The notes under the pieces were generated by a model. It saw only the letters and a list, made by a program, of their open reading frames with translations, was not told the origin of the DNA and ran no database searches. This document shows, piece after piece, positions 1 through 11,200 of a stretch of DNA of 64,000 nucleotides (within the stretch, counting starts at the first letter, position 1; the number at the start of each line of letters is the position of its first letter). Source of the DNA: Azolla caroliniana (Eukaryota; Plantae; Polypodiophyta); contig JBHGNT010000021.1 in the NCBI GenBank assembly GCA_043228905.1, positions 310,001-374,000 of the forward strand. The letters run 5' to 3'. The translations under genes were made by a program, and so were the position numbers.

Positions 1-703
1 TTCGGTTATCCCGTGACTGGCTCCGTCTTCGCTGATTGTTCGGCGGTCGTGAGGAATCTCTTCCTCGTGTGTTCGATCGGTCTGTCGAACCTTGTACTAC
101 GTAAGCGTCTTCTGTTGAGTCTTTGGCGAAAGACTTTCTCCGAGCTGCTTCGGTCAGGATTGCGCTCGTGACTTCAGAGTATTTAACAGCCGTGGTTGAC
201 GCGTTGCACACAGTTGTGACGAAGGTTTCCCATGATGAGGGAAGGCTGCTCATGAGTATCATTGCTCTGAGTTCATCCTCGATTGCCGTCCCCTGAGATG
301 AGATTTGGGAACTGATGCTTTCGTACTCATTGAGGTGTGCCTGAACCGAATCGGATTCTTTCATCCGCAAGTTGTAGAGGCGCCGGATCAGAAACATCTT
401 CGTTGCGGCGACCTTCTTTTCGTAAGTGTCCGACAGTGTTTTCCACAGTTCGAATGCTGTCGTACACGATTGCACCGTAAAGTATACCGATTCCGATAGG
501 TGCATCCGAATCGTGGCGCGGACAATTCTGTCCAGCTTCTGCCACTCAATTGGTTTGTATCCTTCTGGAGGTTCTTCATTTTCGATGGGGTCGATTTGCC
601 CCTTGACTATGAGATAGTCCTGCATTTGTTCCTTCCAGAAGTTGAAGTTCGATCCATCGAACTTTCGTAGACTCATTTTTGACGAGCCTGATGTTGATGC
701 CAT
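1..703 (-). CDS. Copia Gag polyprotein, N-terminal part (open to the window edge)
   Basis: Manual translation MASTSGSSKMSLRKFDGSNFNFWKEQMQDYLIVKG...IRMHLSESVY...ELWKTLSDTYEKK...LIRRLYNLRMKESDSVQAHLNEY...LMSSLPSSWETFVT matches copia gag (UBN2-type) motifs; no stop before base 1. Confidence 0.85.
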   Translation of the reverse strand, partial: MASTSGSSKMSLRKFDGSNFNFWKEQMQDYLIVKGQIDPIENEEPPEGYKPIEWQKLDRIVRATIRMHLSESVYFTVQSCTTAFELWKTLSDTYEKKVAATKMFLIRRLYNLRMKESDSVQAHLNEYESISSQISSQGTAIEDELRAMILMSSLPSSWETFVTTVCNASTTAVKYSEVTSAILTEAARRKSFAKDSTEDAYVVQGSTDRSNTRGRDSSRPPNNQRRRSQSRDNR

Positions 704-1366
704 CAAATTCGGTTTCGGTTGACGAAGCTCGGTTCAGAGTTGACTGTGAACCTTGTTGGAGTGCAGCCGGTTGGCTCACCCGATATCGTTCTAGTCGAAT
801 TTGAACCCGAGTCGGTTCGGCTTCGGAACTTGCTCGAATTGACTCCGGTAACTTGAGGGACAGAACCGACTGGTCTTCCCGAGTGTTGCCGAGTCGGAGT
901 GAGCCCGGTTCGCTTCGGATATATGTGCCGAATACCGATTATTGAAACCGATTATCTGGACGGATTCTGCTTCGGTTGACTGCAGCGACGGGAGAGACAG
1001 ATCCAACTGATCCTCTCGAATGTCGATCAGCCGGATGAAGCACGAATTTGGGGTTGTTGTCTTGAGACCGATCTGCACCGGGTGGTTACAAGGAGCGGCG
1101 TTTGATGACCTCCTCGAATGCCGTTTAACCGAATGGAGCACGATCGTGTCAAAGTTGCACAAGGGGATTTCACCTCGAGCGGTTACGATCACACGGAACG
1201 GAGTACAACCTGTGGGCTTACTCCAAGCAAGAGGATCTAACGCGATGAGGTGCAAACCTCGTTTTTGTTCTTCTTCTCTATTTCTTCGAATGACGCGGAT
1301 ACTGTGCAGGCCGAGATGAAGTGAAGAACCGAATGCTGTGCAGGCGGTGATGACGGCTGAACCTTC

Positions 1367-1378
1367 GCTCTGATACCA
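1367..1378 (-). promoter_or_regulatory. Primer binding site, tRNA-iMet
   Basis: Plus strand gctctgatacca = TGGTATCAGAGC on minus, 2 nt inside the LTR. Confidence 0.9.
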
Positions 1379-1380
1379 AA

Positions 1381-1665
1381 TGTTGTAGGCAATGTGGTCA
1401 ATGCGGAAGATCTAGAAGCATTCGATTGCTGTTCAGTACCTGCGTATGACTGTTCGTAGGTCGTTGCACAGAGAGAGAGAGAGAGACAAAGAGGCACAAA
1501 AGACACTCTATTGCATAAACAAATAATACAACAACCAACCTCACAAAGAGGTTACAAGGTCACTATATATAGTGACCGACTTAGGGCAACTACCCTTTAT
1601 GCTAATTACATAAATGGCCAAAACGGGATAATGTGAATACGTCCATTATACACAGGTATTCGACA
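1381..1665 (-). repeat. 5' LTR of the copia element (~285 bp)
   Basis: tgttg...cgaca termini, TATA-like ctatatatag at ~1563, adjacent PBS. Confidence 0.75.
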
Positions 1666-1702
1666 CTGTCATCATCCAAACACCAGATTTCCCAAGTGGC
1701 AG

Positions 1703-1853
1703 AATTCTGATGGTTATACATAAGCCGTCTATACAAGGACTACAGTTATGGTATCTCAGTCAATGCTATGAGGAGCCAGTCAAAATAAAATTCTGATGGT
1801 TATACATAAACAGTCTATACAAGGACTACAGTTATGGTACCTCAGTCAATGCT
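1703..1853. repeat. Tandem duplication, ~65 bp unit at ~86 bp period
   Basis: aattctgatggttatacataa...tacagttatggta(t/c)ctcagtcaatgct at 1703 and 1789. Confidence 0.85.
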
Positions 1854-2281
1854 CAGCGGACCCAGGTGTCTTTGAGAGACCAATCAAAGAAAGACAAGAG
1901 GCACTGAAGAAGAGAGGAAAACCTGCTTTCTTTCCTCTGCTTCCGTATATAATACAGAGGAAGCATCTAACTGACTCCTCGAGGTGTGAAGACCTCACGC
2001 CATCCAGTGGCTAGAGTCGCAAAGGTGGAATGAGTTTCACCACCTAGAATGTGAGAGAGGCTGCCAAACACAACATAGAGTAATATTAGGAGTTTTTTAT
2101 GATAGTTATTCACCATACCTATGATAGAATGTAACATGTCCTTGATAATCATTCACAACGTCAAATGTCTAGTTTGGTCTATTCATTAACAATATTCAGT
2201 AACTCACACCTTTGGTTCCAAAATCTATGTAGTTAACAAAATTTAACGCATATTAAATACTGAAAAACACACAGGTTATAC

Positions 2282-5200
2282 CAGGCAGAATCTTGAAGGA
2301 GAATGGTGATCCCGCTATCGCACTTTTATTAACTATTACATGTAGAAACATAGTTCCGGATGTATATGATATGAAATGAATGTTCACAAACATTGAACCC
2401 TCTTCTGTAGAAATGTTTAGAACTGAGAAATTCACTGCACCTCCTCCATTTTCAATCGTCGTAGATATGTTTACCCAAGGTATATCAGATGCATTTATTG
2501 TGTTATTATATGAATCCATATAAATAACACTAAACGCTGCTACACTTCCAACACTGAATGTGCTTATATTATTTACCCAAAATCCTTCACAGTAGCTTGG
2601 AAAGATATCTCCTATTCAAACAAACTAAACATAAAGAAATGGTACAACTATTTTTCAAAGCTATTAAATAAATAGAAATTCATACAAGTTAGAAATGTTA
2701 TTTTCTGTCAATTACCAATTTTAGTTCATTGAATCAGAATTTTATATTGAAATTGACTCTTTCTTTAAATGTAGTCTACTAAGGTAGATTAAATAATACA
2801 ATGCCATTTGTTTTGCCTACTATAAACAAAAGAATTAGGGTTACATTCCATCACTGTTGAAAGAAAGAAAGATATATTCACCTGGATCCACATGAAAGAA
2901 AAATGGGGAACCATAAATCAAAACGTTCCCCTTCCCTACTTGAAGTAATAGATCTCGTGAAATTGATGTATTAAAATTAATCAGTAGGTAACCAGAGTTT
3001 TTATCATAAGTTTGTTGTACATTGAAGAAAACTTCCCGTCCAGTGGTATCCAAAATGACCGTAGAAAAGTTCACACTTGGTGAAACAGAAATAATGTTAT
3101 TATCATAAGCATCCATCATAGCTACTAGCAGAATCGCTTTTTCTCCAGCAGTAAATATACTCATGTTGTTGCGCCAGAAACCTTGACAGTGTGGTATGGA
3201 GAGAGAACCTAAAAACTCATAGAAAATGCTATTCAAATCAATAGTACCCAAAACAAACAATAGCATTTAAAGTTAATTCAACAAAAGATGAATTTAAAAG
3301 TTACAAAAAACACAGCATTTCATTCATTAAAGTGAGTAAACCAGCAATGTCTAAGTCATAACATGGCAAATCGCCAAATAAACCAATTATATCATTAAAT
3401 ATCCTATCAGAAAACTTACACTGAGTCTACCAGAACAAGAATCTTAGCAAAATTTTGTTCTTTCATGCAAAATGTACATTATATTGTAATGAAGATACCT
3501 TCAGTGAAGACAGACAAAATTAAATAGATGACCATCTCCTTAGCAGTGTGCAAATTTAGCAGTGAATTGAGCACATGGTACAATATATCAAAGGCTTTCT
3601 GGAAATCCACAAAGCAACAATAGATTCTCCTTTTAATGTTACTCCCTTCCATAAGAGCGTACAGGGTCAAAATGTGGTCCAAAGTTATGAAACCCTTTCG
3701 GAAACCTGTCTATGCAGCTGAAAGACAGTCAGTTCTTTCTGCCTATACACTCAATTCTGACTTTAGCATCAAACCTATAGTTTAGCCAAGTAATGGCTAA
3801 TCAAGATAGTCCTATAATTGCATTCTCAGACACAAATCTATTATCTCGTGCTACAGGAGATCCCGCATGTGTGCGAAGTCAAGACATGCTTCTCGGTCTT
3901 TATATACTGACGATTGAAAATTACAAGGTATTTACGGAGATAGACACCCTATCTTGAGAAAGGGAAGTAACCTTTCTTTCCCCAAAATATCCTACTTCAC
4001 CAATTATTATGATGTACTTAGGGCCAAAGAATTAAAATAGATTGATTTATATAGTTATTTGTGGCTTCGATGGCAGATTGATTTGCAAACAATCAGTTCC
4101 AAAATACAACTATAATGATCAAGCAAATAGACATATAGTGAAAGAAAGAAAGATATATTAACGTCTTTTAAGAGGCCAAAATGCCCTATAAGACCAAATA
4201 AGAGATTACATCTTAAGTGTTGTCTCGTCTTTGAGAACAAATCAAAATAAAATAAATATTACACAGTAAATATAAAAGTAAATAACATGAAAAGAAATGA
4301 AATGAGGGAATCTGGTTTTTGGCACATGTGAGATCCTCAAGTTAGGTATATTGTAGCTTTTGTCTTCGAAAGATCTCTAGCATAGGTCGATCCAGAATGG
4401 AAATGTCTCTGAAGCAAGGGAAGCACCTACGATGGTGGGAGATAATGGCTTTTATTTGTCGAGGTCGTGGTCCATGGGGCGAGGCCTACGTGCCCGGCAA
4501 ATTGCCATTGCCCGATCAATTGTAACCCCTTTGTTATGTCCTGGTCTGAAGCCCATTTGTGTATCCCGGGGTTGACTTCTAGCATTAGGAGTGATGGGGC
4601 TAAAGAAAGTTGTGATTGTTCTTTGTGGATGAGCTTGTGTGGCTGTATTCTTCAACAACTTTTCCCGATGTCTCTTGAGCTCTAGCAAGAAAAGTCCTAG
4701 GCATCGTTGGTCCTCATATTCCATTACCTTGCGTAGTGGGCCAAAGCCTTGTTTAAAGAGGCAATGGTATCTCCCTCTGATTTCATAAAAGACATTACAA
4801 TGACAAACATAGTGTTCTTCAGATTCCACTCCTTGATGACACAATTGGCAAATTCTCTCTTCTAGAGGTAGTCGTGTATATCTACCTACCTCAATCTGTA
4901 GCTGTTGTGATGAAGTTCGCAGCTGTCCTATCACACTACGCAACACATAGGATAGATGTATGTCCATATAAGGTGGCCTGATGACAAATCCATCCTCCGA
5001 TGTATGTAAGAAGTGTGTCTTATAGTGAGCCATCTTTGTACCAAGTGGTATTTTGGGGCTGATCCATGTTATCTTGTTTTCCAAGTTAATAATATCAATT
5101 CGGATCACTCTATTCTTTTCCACTTTGGTCATATTTAGATGGGGACAGTCCAAGCTATATTGGAACGGGGGTAGGGCATTTATACTCATGCCATGTGACT

Positions 5201-8200
5201 CGAACCATTGCTGCATTTCAGCATACCAACAATGAGTGTCTCCATTTTCAGCCAGTTGTTTTGATGACATAAGTGCCAACCTTGGGTACCTTCGTTTAGG
5301 GAGCTCCCAAAGACGTTGGATAAATGTCACTGATCGGAACAACGCCTTGGCAGCACCCATCTCTGCCCGGATTATATCGTGGGGCACCGATGCTTTGCTC
5401 CTTATCATGCGAGCAATCATTGACACTAAAGGTCTCTCTAAATCTATCCAATGATTTGCCTTGTTAAGACTCGGTCCCCATGTCTCTACTCCATAGAATA
5501 TCAAGATATTTATCACGTGCGAGCACAAGCGGCCTCCTGTAAGGAGAACCTAGGTCTTGTAAATGTTACTCCTAGGTATGTGTAGGAGCGTGTGTATTCC
5601 ACCTTTTCCTCTCCCAAGAAGAATTCTGGTTCTGATCTTGTTACCCATGCTTGGGTGGTGTTAAACACCATCACTTTAGTTTTCTTCATGTTGATTAACA
5701 AACCTTTGTCCGTACAAAATAGTTTAAAGGCATTTAGATGTCTTTGTAGTCCCTCCGGAGAGTCAAAAATCAGCACAATATCATCAGCATATAGTAATAT
5801 TTGTATAGCTATACCTGCTAGGTGTGCTCCGGAACCCCCAAATCTCTCTATGTACTGTGATACCTCATCTATATAGAGACCGAAGAGTGTGGGGGATAGT
5901 GGGCATCCTTGCTTCACGCCAATTGTGCTAGCCACCGCCTCTGACAAGCCCTTAGAAGACCGCACTTTTCCTAACACAGATTCATAGAGTGCATAGATTC
6001 CCCATTGCATATCTATAGGAACACCAAGGGCTTCTAGCCGCTGCATAAGCTGAGCACGTGGCACAGTGTGAAAGGCTTTTCGGAAATCCACAAAGCAGCA
6101 ATAAATCCTCTTATTGTGGGCTCTGCCCTCCTCAATAAGGGCCCGGAGGGTGAATATGTGATCCAAAGTTGTGAACCCCTTCCGAAAGCCTGCTTGTCCA
6201 ATTGAACGGCAGCCATTTTGCTCTGCCCATATACTCAATTCTAATTCTAGAATCGAGCCATATAGTTTAGCCAAGTAATGGCCAATCATGATTGTCCTAT
6301 AGTTGCTTGGCATCATGGGGTCTCCACTCTTGAGGATTGGCACAATGGTATGTTGAGTCCATCTAGTGGGAAAACCTTCACACATGGCTCTATTAAAGAT
6401 GTGTGCTAGCAATGGGAGCAAGGTGTCACGGGCATAGATAAAGTGCTCACCCACCAATCCATCATGATCTTGAACCTTCCCAAATTATAGCCGATCAATG
6501 GCATTTCTTACATTTTGTGGTGTAAAGAGGGTTGATTCATGTGGGCATGAGGCATTCAGGTGGGGAAGAGGAGGTTGCCCCATGATATCATATAGACCCT
6601 TTGCATATTCCAGCCACACCTAAGGTGAGGTCAGTTGTGTGGTGGGTTGCCTCTCATTAAACATTTTCCATGCTCGTTTACTCTCTTGTCCTAGAAACAA
6701 GCAATACAAATGATCTTCAAATTTAACCAAATACAATCTCTTCTTCTTCCTCACGAGGCGTTGGAAGGTTGCTCTCACTTGGTTGTGTGTATAAATGCCC
6801 CGAGTTACACAACATTCCTCATCATACCAACTATTTTGTATTACTCTACTGAGTTTGGGGGGATTGGCCGTTGTGTGAGGGAAGGCATTTGTGGCTGCTT
6901 TATGCAATGATTTGGATAAACCTTGGGTAAGTTCTTCAAGGGGTGCGAAAGGATCCAAATCTAGCATGCCATTGTATACACCACAACTATACACATCAAT
7001 TGTCTCGCGAGTGAATAGATACTTAGCCAGCCCACTCTCCTTAGCATATACATCCTTTGTGCATCCATCCTTTACCTCAAAGCGTAGATATGCATGATCA
7101 GATGCCAAGCCAATAGGTCTTCCCAATATAGTGAACACTTTTATTTCAGGTATAAGAGATGGAGATCCCATTAGATAATCTACTGTGCTTGCACCCCCTT
7201 TTGGGTTCCAACATGTCAAAGCATCTGATCCAGGCCATTGTGACAAGCCATTATATATCACAAATCCATGCGCGTTTCCCAAGGCTAGAAAGTGTTTTCC
7301 ATATTCAGTTATAGCACTCATATCTTGAGCTTGTCGCTTTAGACCAACCTCTTCCGCCATAACTTCTCCATAAACAGCCTCGTTGGTGTTAAACATAGTT
7401 GTTTGTTCATCCTTGGTTCGTGCATTAAATTCTCCTAATAGTATTATGTCCCCCATAGTAGCAAATCTTATGATATCATCATATAGTGGTAGATATGGTG
7501 ATTCACTTAGAGGTGCAAACCTTGAGTAGGCAGGTGGAAAGTAGCAAATTGCAATATATAACTCCCTAAGATCCCCTCTTTTTATTCGTATCCACATGTA
7601 GCGTGCATCTACATCCTTATGGACAACATGCACTCTATCATGGAGCTCCTCTTTGTATAGCACAGCCACTCCTCCCGAACCTCTAGTGCTTCCTCATGTC
7701 CGAGGTTGGGGGCGACATATTCACTCCCATCTATATCCTTGTACCTCGGGGAGTTTGCTAGCCATGCATTGGTGAGTCTCTGTATACATAGCAATATCTG
7801 TGTTTTTCAATGTATCTTCAAAATATCCGACATCTGTCCGTAGAGAGCCGTTGCAATTCCATATGGTCATGCGTAGGGTCTCATAGGCCATATATCGTCA
7901 TGCGGTTCTCTTCTCTGTAATAATGACCTTGTCATCTCTATATACGGCCCATTTACCTTCCTTTCTTGCATCAAGCACTCGTGGCATGTTTTCTTTGCGG
8001 TGTGCCACTTGAGCTGGAGTGAGATCGTCGTCTAAGTATATTTTTTCACCCTTGAGTGCCTTTCTTTTAGAGAGGAAAGCTTTTTTCTTGTCAATATCCA
8101 TGAAGCGGATGATAAGGGCTTTAGCTCTAGACTCATCTCTTCCCACCCTCCATGCCGAAGCAAATGGAATATCTGATGCTCCAATCTTTGTTCCGAGATT

Positions 8201-11200
8201 CTTGGCATCTTCTTGTGGACTTCCCTTTTCGGCCCAACCAACCACTCGTACATGCAACGCGCGAGCTTTCCTCTTGGCTTCTTCTTCTAAAGTAGCATTC
8301 ATCATTGCCACCCTATCCATGGATGTTCCTTTTTGCTTTTTTACTACCTCTATCCAAGGAGCATTTGCTTTAATTTCGTTTTGGGCGTGCTCTGCTTGAG
8401 CTTTGGCATCTTTGGCCATGTCTACCCATGTTTGCATTTCCTTCGTGACATTGGCTTCCACTACCCCCCAGCAACGGAATTGAGATGGACCCTAAACACC
8501 ATTGACATCCCATACCATCGAGTATTGCCTAAGATCGTTCTATGCAATCAACACAAGCTATCATAGCAAGATCCTTACCACGCCACTAATGTCTCACATC
8601 GTTCTAACGTAGGTGTTTGCCTCCTCTTCCAATGAGGTTAATTTCTCCTCATTTTCTAATTGCACCTTAGATTCTAATGACAGCACATGTTGCCAAGTGT
8701 CATGACCTTATAGAAGTTGCCTCCATTCCTAATATACACTTAACGCCATTAGAAATTTACCCTTGAATAATATATTAAAGTTCTGGGCATCATGGAATAT
8801 CCACTCTTGATATTGGTACAATGTTATATTCTGTCTATCTACTAGGGAAGTCTTCAAACATATAGCTCTATAAAGATGTGTGCAAGAAGAAGTGGGGGCA
8901 AAGTGTCACTGGCATAAATGAAAAAATGCTTGCCCACCAATCCATGATGATCTTGGGCGTTTCAGATTGTAATCTATGAATCGCATTTCTCACCTTTTGT
9001 GAAATGAAAAACGTGGGCGTGAGCCACTTCACATGGCTGGGGAAGGGAGGCAGGGCTGCTTGGAAATATCATATGGTAGCTTTGCATATTCTTGCCAACT
9101 GAGTTGAGGTCAGTTGTGTTCTAGGTTGCTTCTCATTAAACATTTTCCATTTGCTCTTTTACTTCCATTTTCAAGGAACAACCAGTACACCTCTGCATCA
9201 AGTTTAGCCAAATACAATCTCTACTACTTCCTCACTAAGATGTTGGAAGACTGCTCTTGCCTGTTTATGCATAGAAATCCCCCTAGTCACACCTCATTCC
9301 AAGCTTCTCCTTGGTTCAAGACATTCCTCATCATACCAACTATTTTGTGTGGCTCTACCATGTCTGAGTAGATTGCTGATCGTGGTGTGTGGAAAGGCAT
9401 TTGTGGCGACATAATGCACTGACTTTGTACTCCGCAATTATACACATCAATTGTTTGCCGAGTATATTGGTATTTAACATACCCAAACTTGTTCTTAGCA
9501 TATATATCTTTTTGGCATCCATCCTTCACCTTAAAGTGTAGATATACAGGATTTGCTTCCAAGCCAATTGGTCGACTAGAGATAGTGGAAGGGATGGAGA
9601 TCCTATCAAACAGTGAACCACCCACTACCACCCATTAGGAGCATGCAGTTTTTTTTACATTGATTCCTATAGTGAATAGAGTCCCCATTGCATATCTACC
9701 AGAACTCCAAGGCCTCATCTATATAAAGACACAACAGAGTGGGTGATAGTGACATCCTTGTTTCACTCCAATTGCATATTTTTTACTGGTACTCCAAGGC
9801 TTCTAGACTACTGTGAGCACACTATACAGTTATGACGCCTTTCTGAAACTCCACAAAGAAACAAAAGATTCTCCTTCTATTGGTCTTCTTTCCTCAATAA
9901 GGACTCAGAGGAACACCAATTTATGATGAACTCATTTCAGAACCTGCCTCTGGCTGAGTGACAGCCATTTCTGCCTGCCTATACACTCCTGACTCTAGGG
10001 TCAAGCCACATAGTTTGGCCAACTAATAACCAATTAAACTTGTCCTAGAGTCGCAATGTATCATGGAATCACCTATCTTCAAGATCGGTACAATGGTTAG
10101 TTCTGTGCTATGTTGCCTCTCATTAAACATTTTCCATGCTCTTTTACTTTGTTGTGCTAAAAATAATCCGGACACTTCTGCTTCAAATTTAGCAAAATAT
10201 GATCTCTTCTTTTTCTACAAGTCATTCAAAGCTTTCTCTAGCTTCTTTATATGTACAAATATCCAAGTAACATCTCTTCTTTATGTTAGATTATATTTGT
10301 AAACCATAATCTAAACCATAAAAGGAAAAGGATACCTGGAGCCACTGTGAAGTTCAGTGGAGATCCTTGAAGTTCACCATCATTGTAAGTAACATGAACA
10401 ACAAACTCACCAACTCTGGTTGGGATAAAGGTGATTCTCTCATATCCAGGAATAATATCAAAGGACAGATTAACTTTGTAAATATAAACCTCATTGAGAC
10501 TATTGCTAGAGAAAACATTAAATTGGTACAATATTTTCCTTCCTGTAGCGTAACTGATATTGTTTTTGTAAGAATCCATGACAAGAACTCTCAAAATAGC
10601 TTGATCCCCTGCTATAAATCTATTGGCGTTGTTAAGCCAGAAGACCATGCAATTCTTGACTGATATGGTTCCTAGAAAATTGGAGAACTTATATTAAATT
10701 CTTCCACTTCTGAAAGAGCAGTATCTACTTTTAACATGTTAAACAAAGTAATGAAAATGGAGATAAAAGTAGAAATCATCATAAGCATCAGAATAAAATC
10801 TGTAATGCAAAATATTCGTAGTATACTCTCTTTCAATAAATAGCCAATCACTAAAGGTCTTAGGACTTGACTTCTTCACATATATATTAATAAGTTGAGA
10901 GAGTTCAATGAATTTTCTGCCAAGGGCAAATAAAACTCCTTCACAAAGTAATAGACTAACAAATTGCAGATGTTGCGGCATTTAATTTTTTTGACTGAAA
11001 TAAAAAATGAAGAAAAACTGCTTCGATCTGGAATTATTTGCAAGATCAAAAGTCATATTCAAACTTAATTTAATAGAGAAATATGTGAAAAACACAGTGG
11101 CCTGCATATACCTGCAACAACAGTGAAACTCACAGGAGAGCCTGATATAATTTTGTGGCCATCAGAAATATTTAGCCTGTAATTTCCCGCCACTGTAGCA

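Larger units (their letters stand above)
1..1665 (-). mobile_element. Ty1/copia LTR retrotransposon, 5' part (5' LTR, PBS, leader, gag), in an intron of the GEX2-like gene
   Basis: LTR 1381-1665 is bounded by TG...CA; PBS TGGTATCAGAGC lies at 1367-1378 on the minus strand; a copia gag ORF follows and leaves the window. Confidence 0.9.
4140..8461 (-). mobile_element. Non-LTR retrotransposon (LINE; RTEX/CR1-group-like), 5'-truncated, with (CTTT)n 3' tail
   Basis: ORF1, then APE endonuclease, RT (YADD) and a C-terminal cysteine motif; the 3' UTR ends ...taatatatctttctttctttc. Confidence 0.92.

Noticed and set aside
3209-3266. Apparent non-canonical (GG) acceptor at the start of ORF 2841-3266
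   Set aside because: A canonical ttttag acceptor at 3209-3210 gives an exon aligning with the other repeats
4136-8463. TAGTG and CACTA at the LINE boundaries suggesting a CACTA element
   Set aside because: Wrong orientation for CACTA termini and no TIR extension; likely chance
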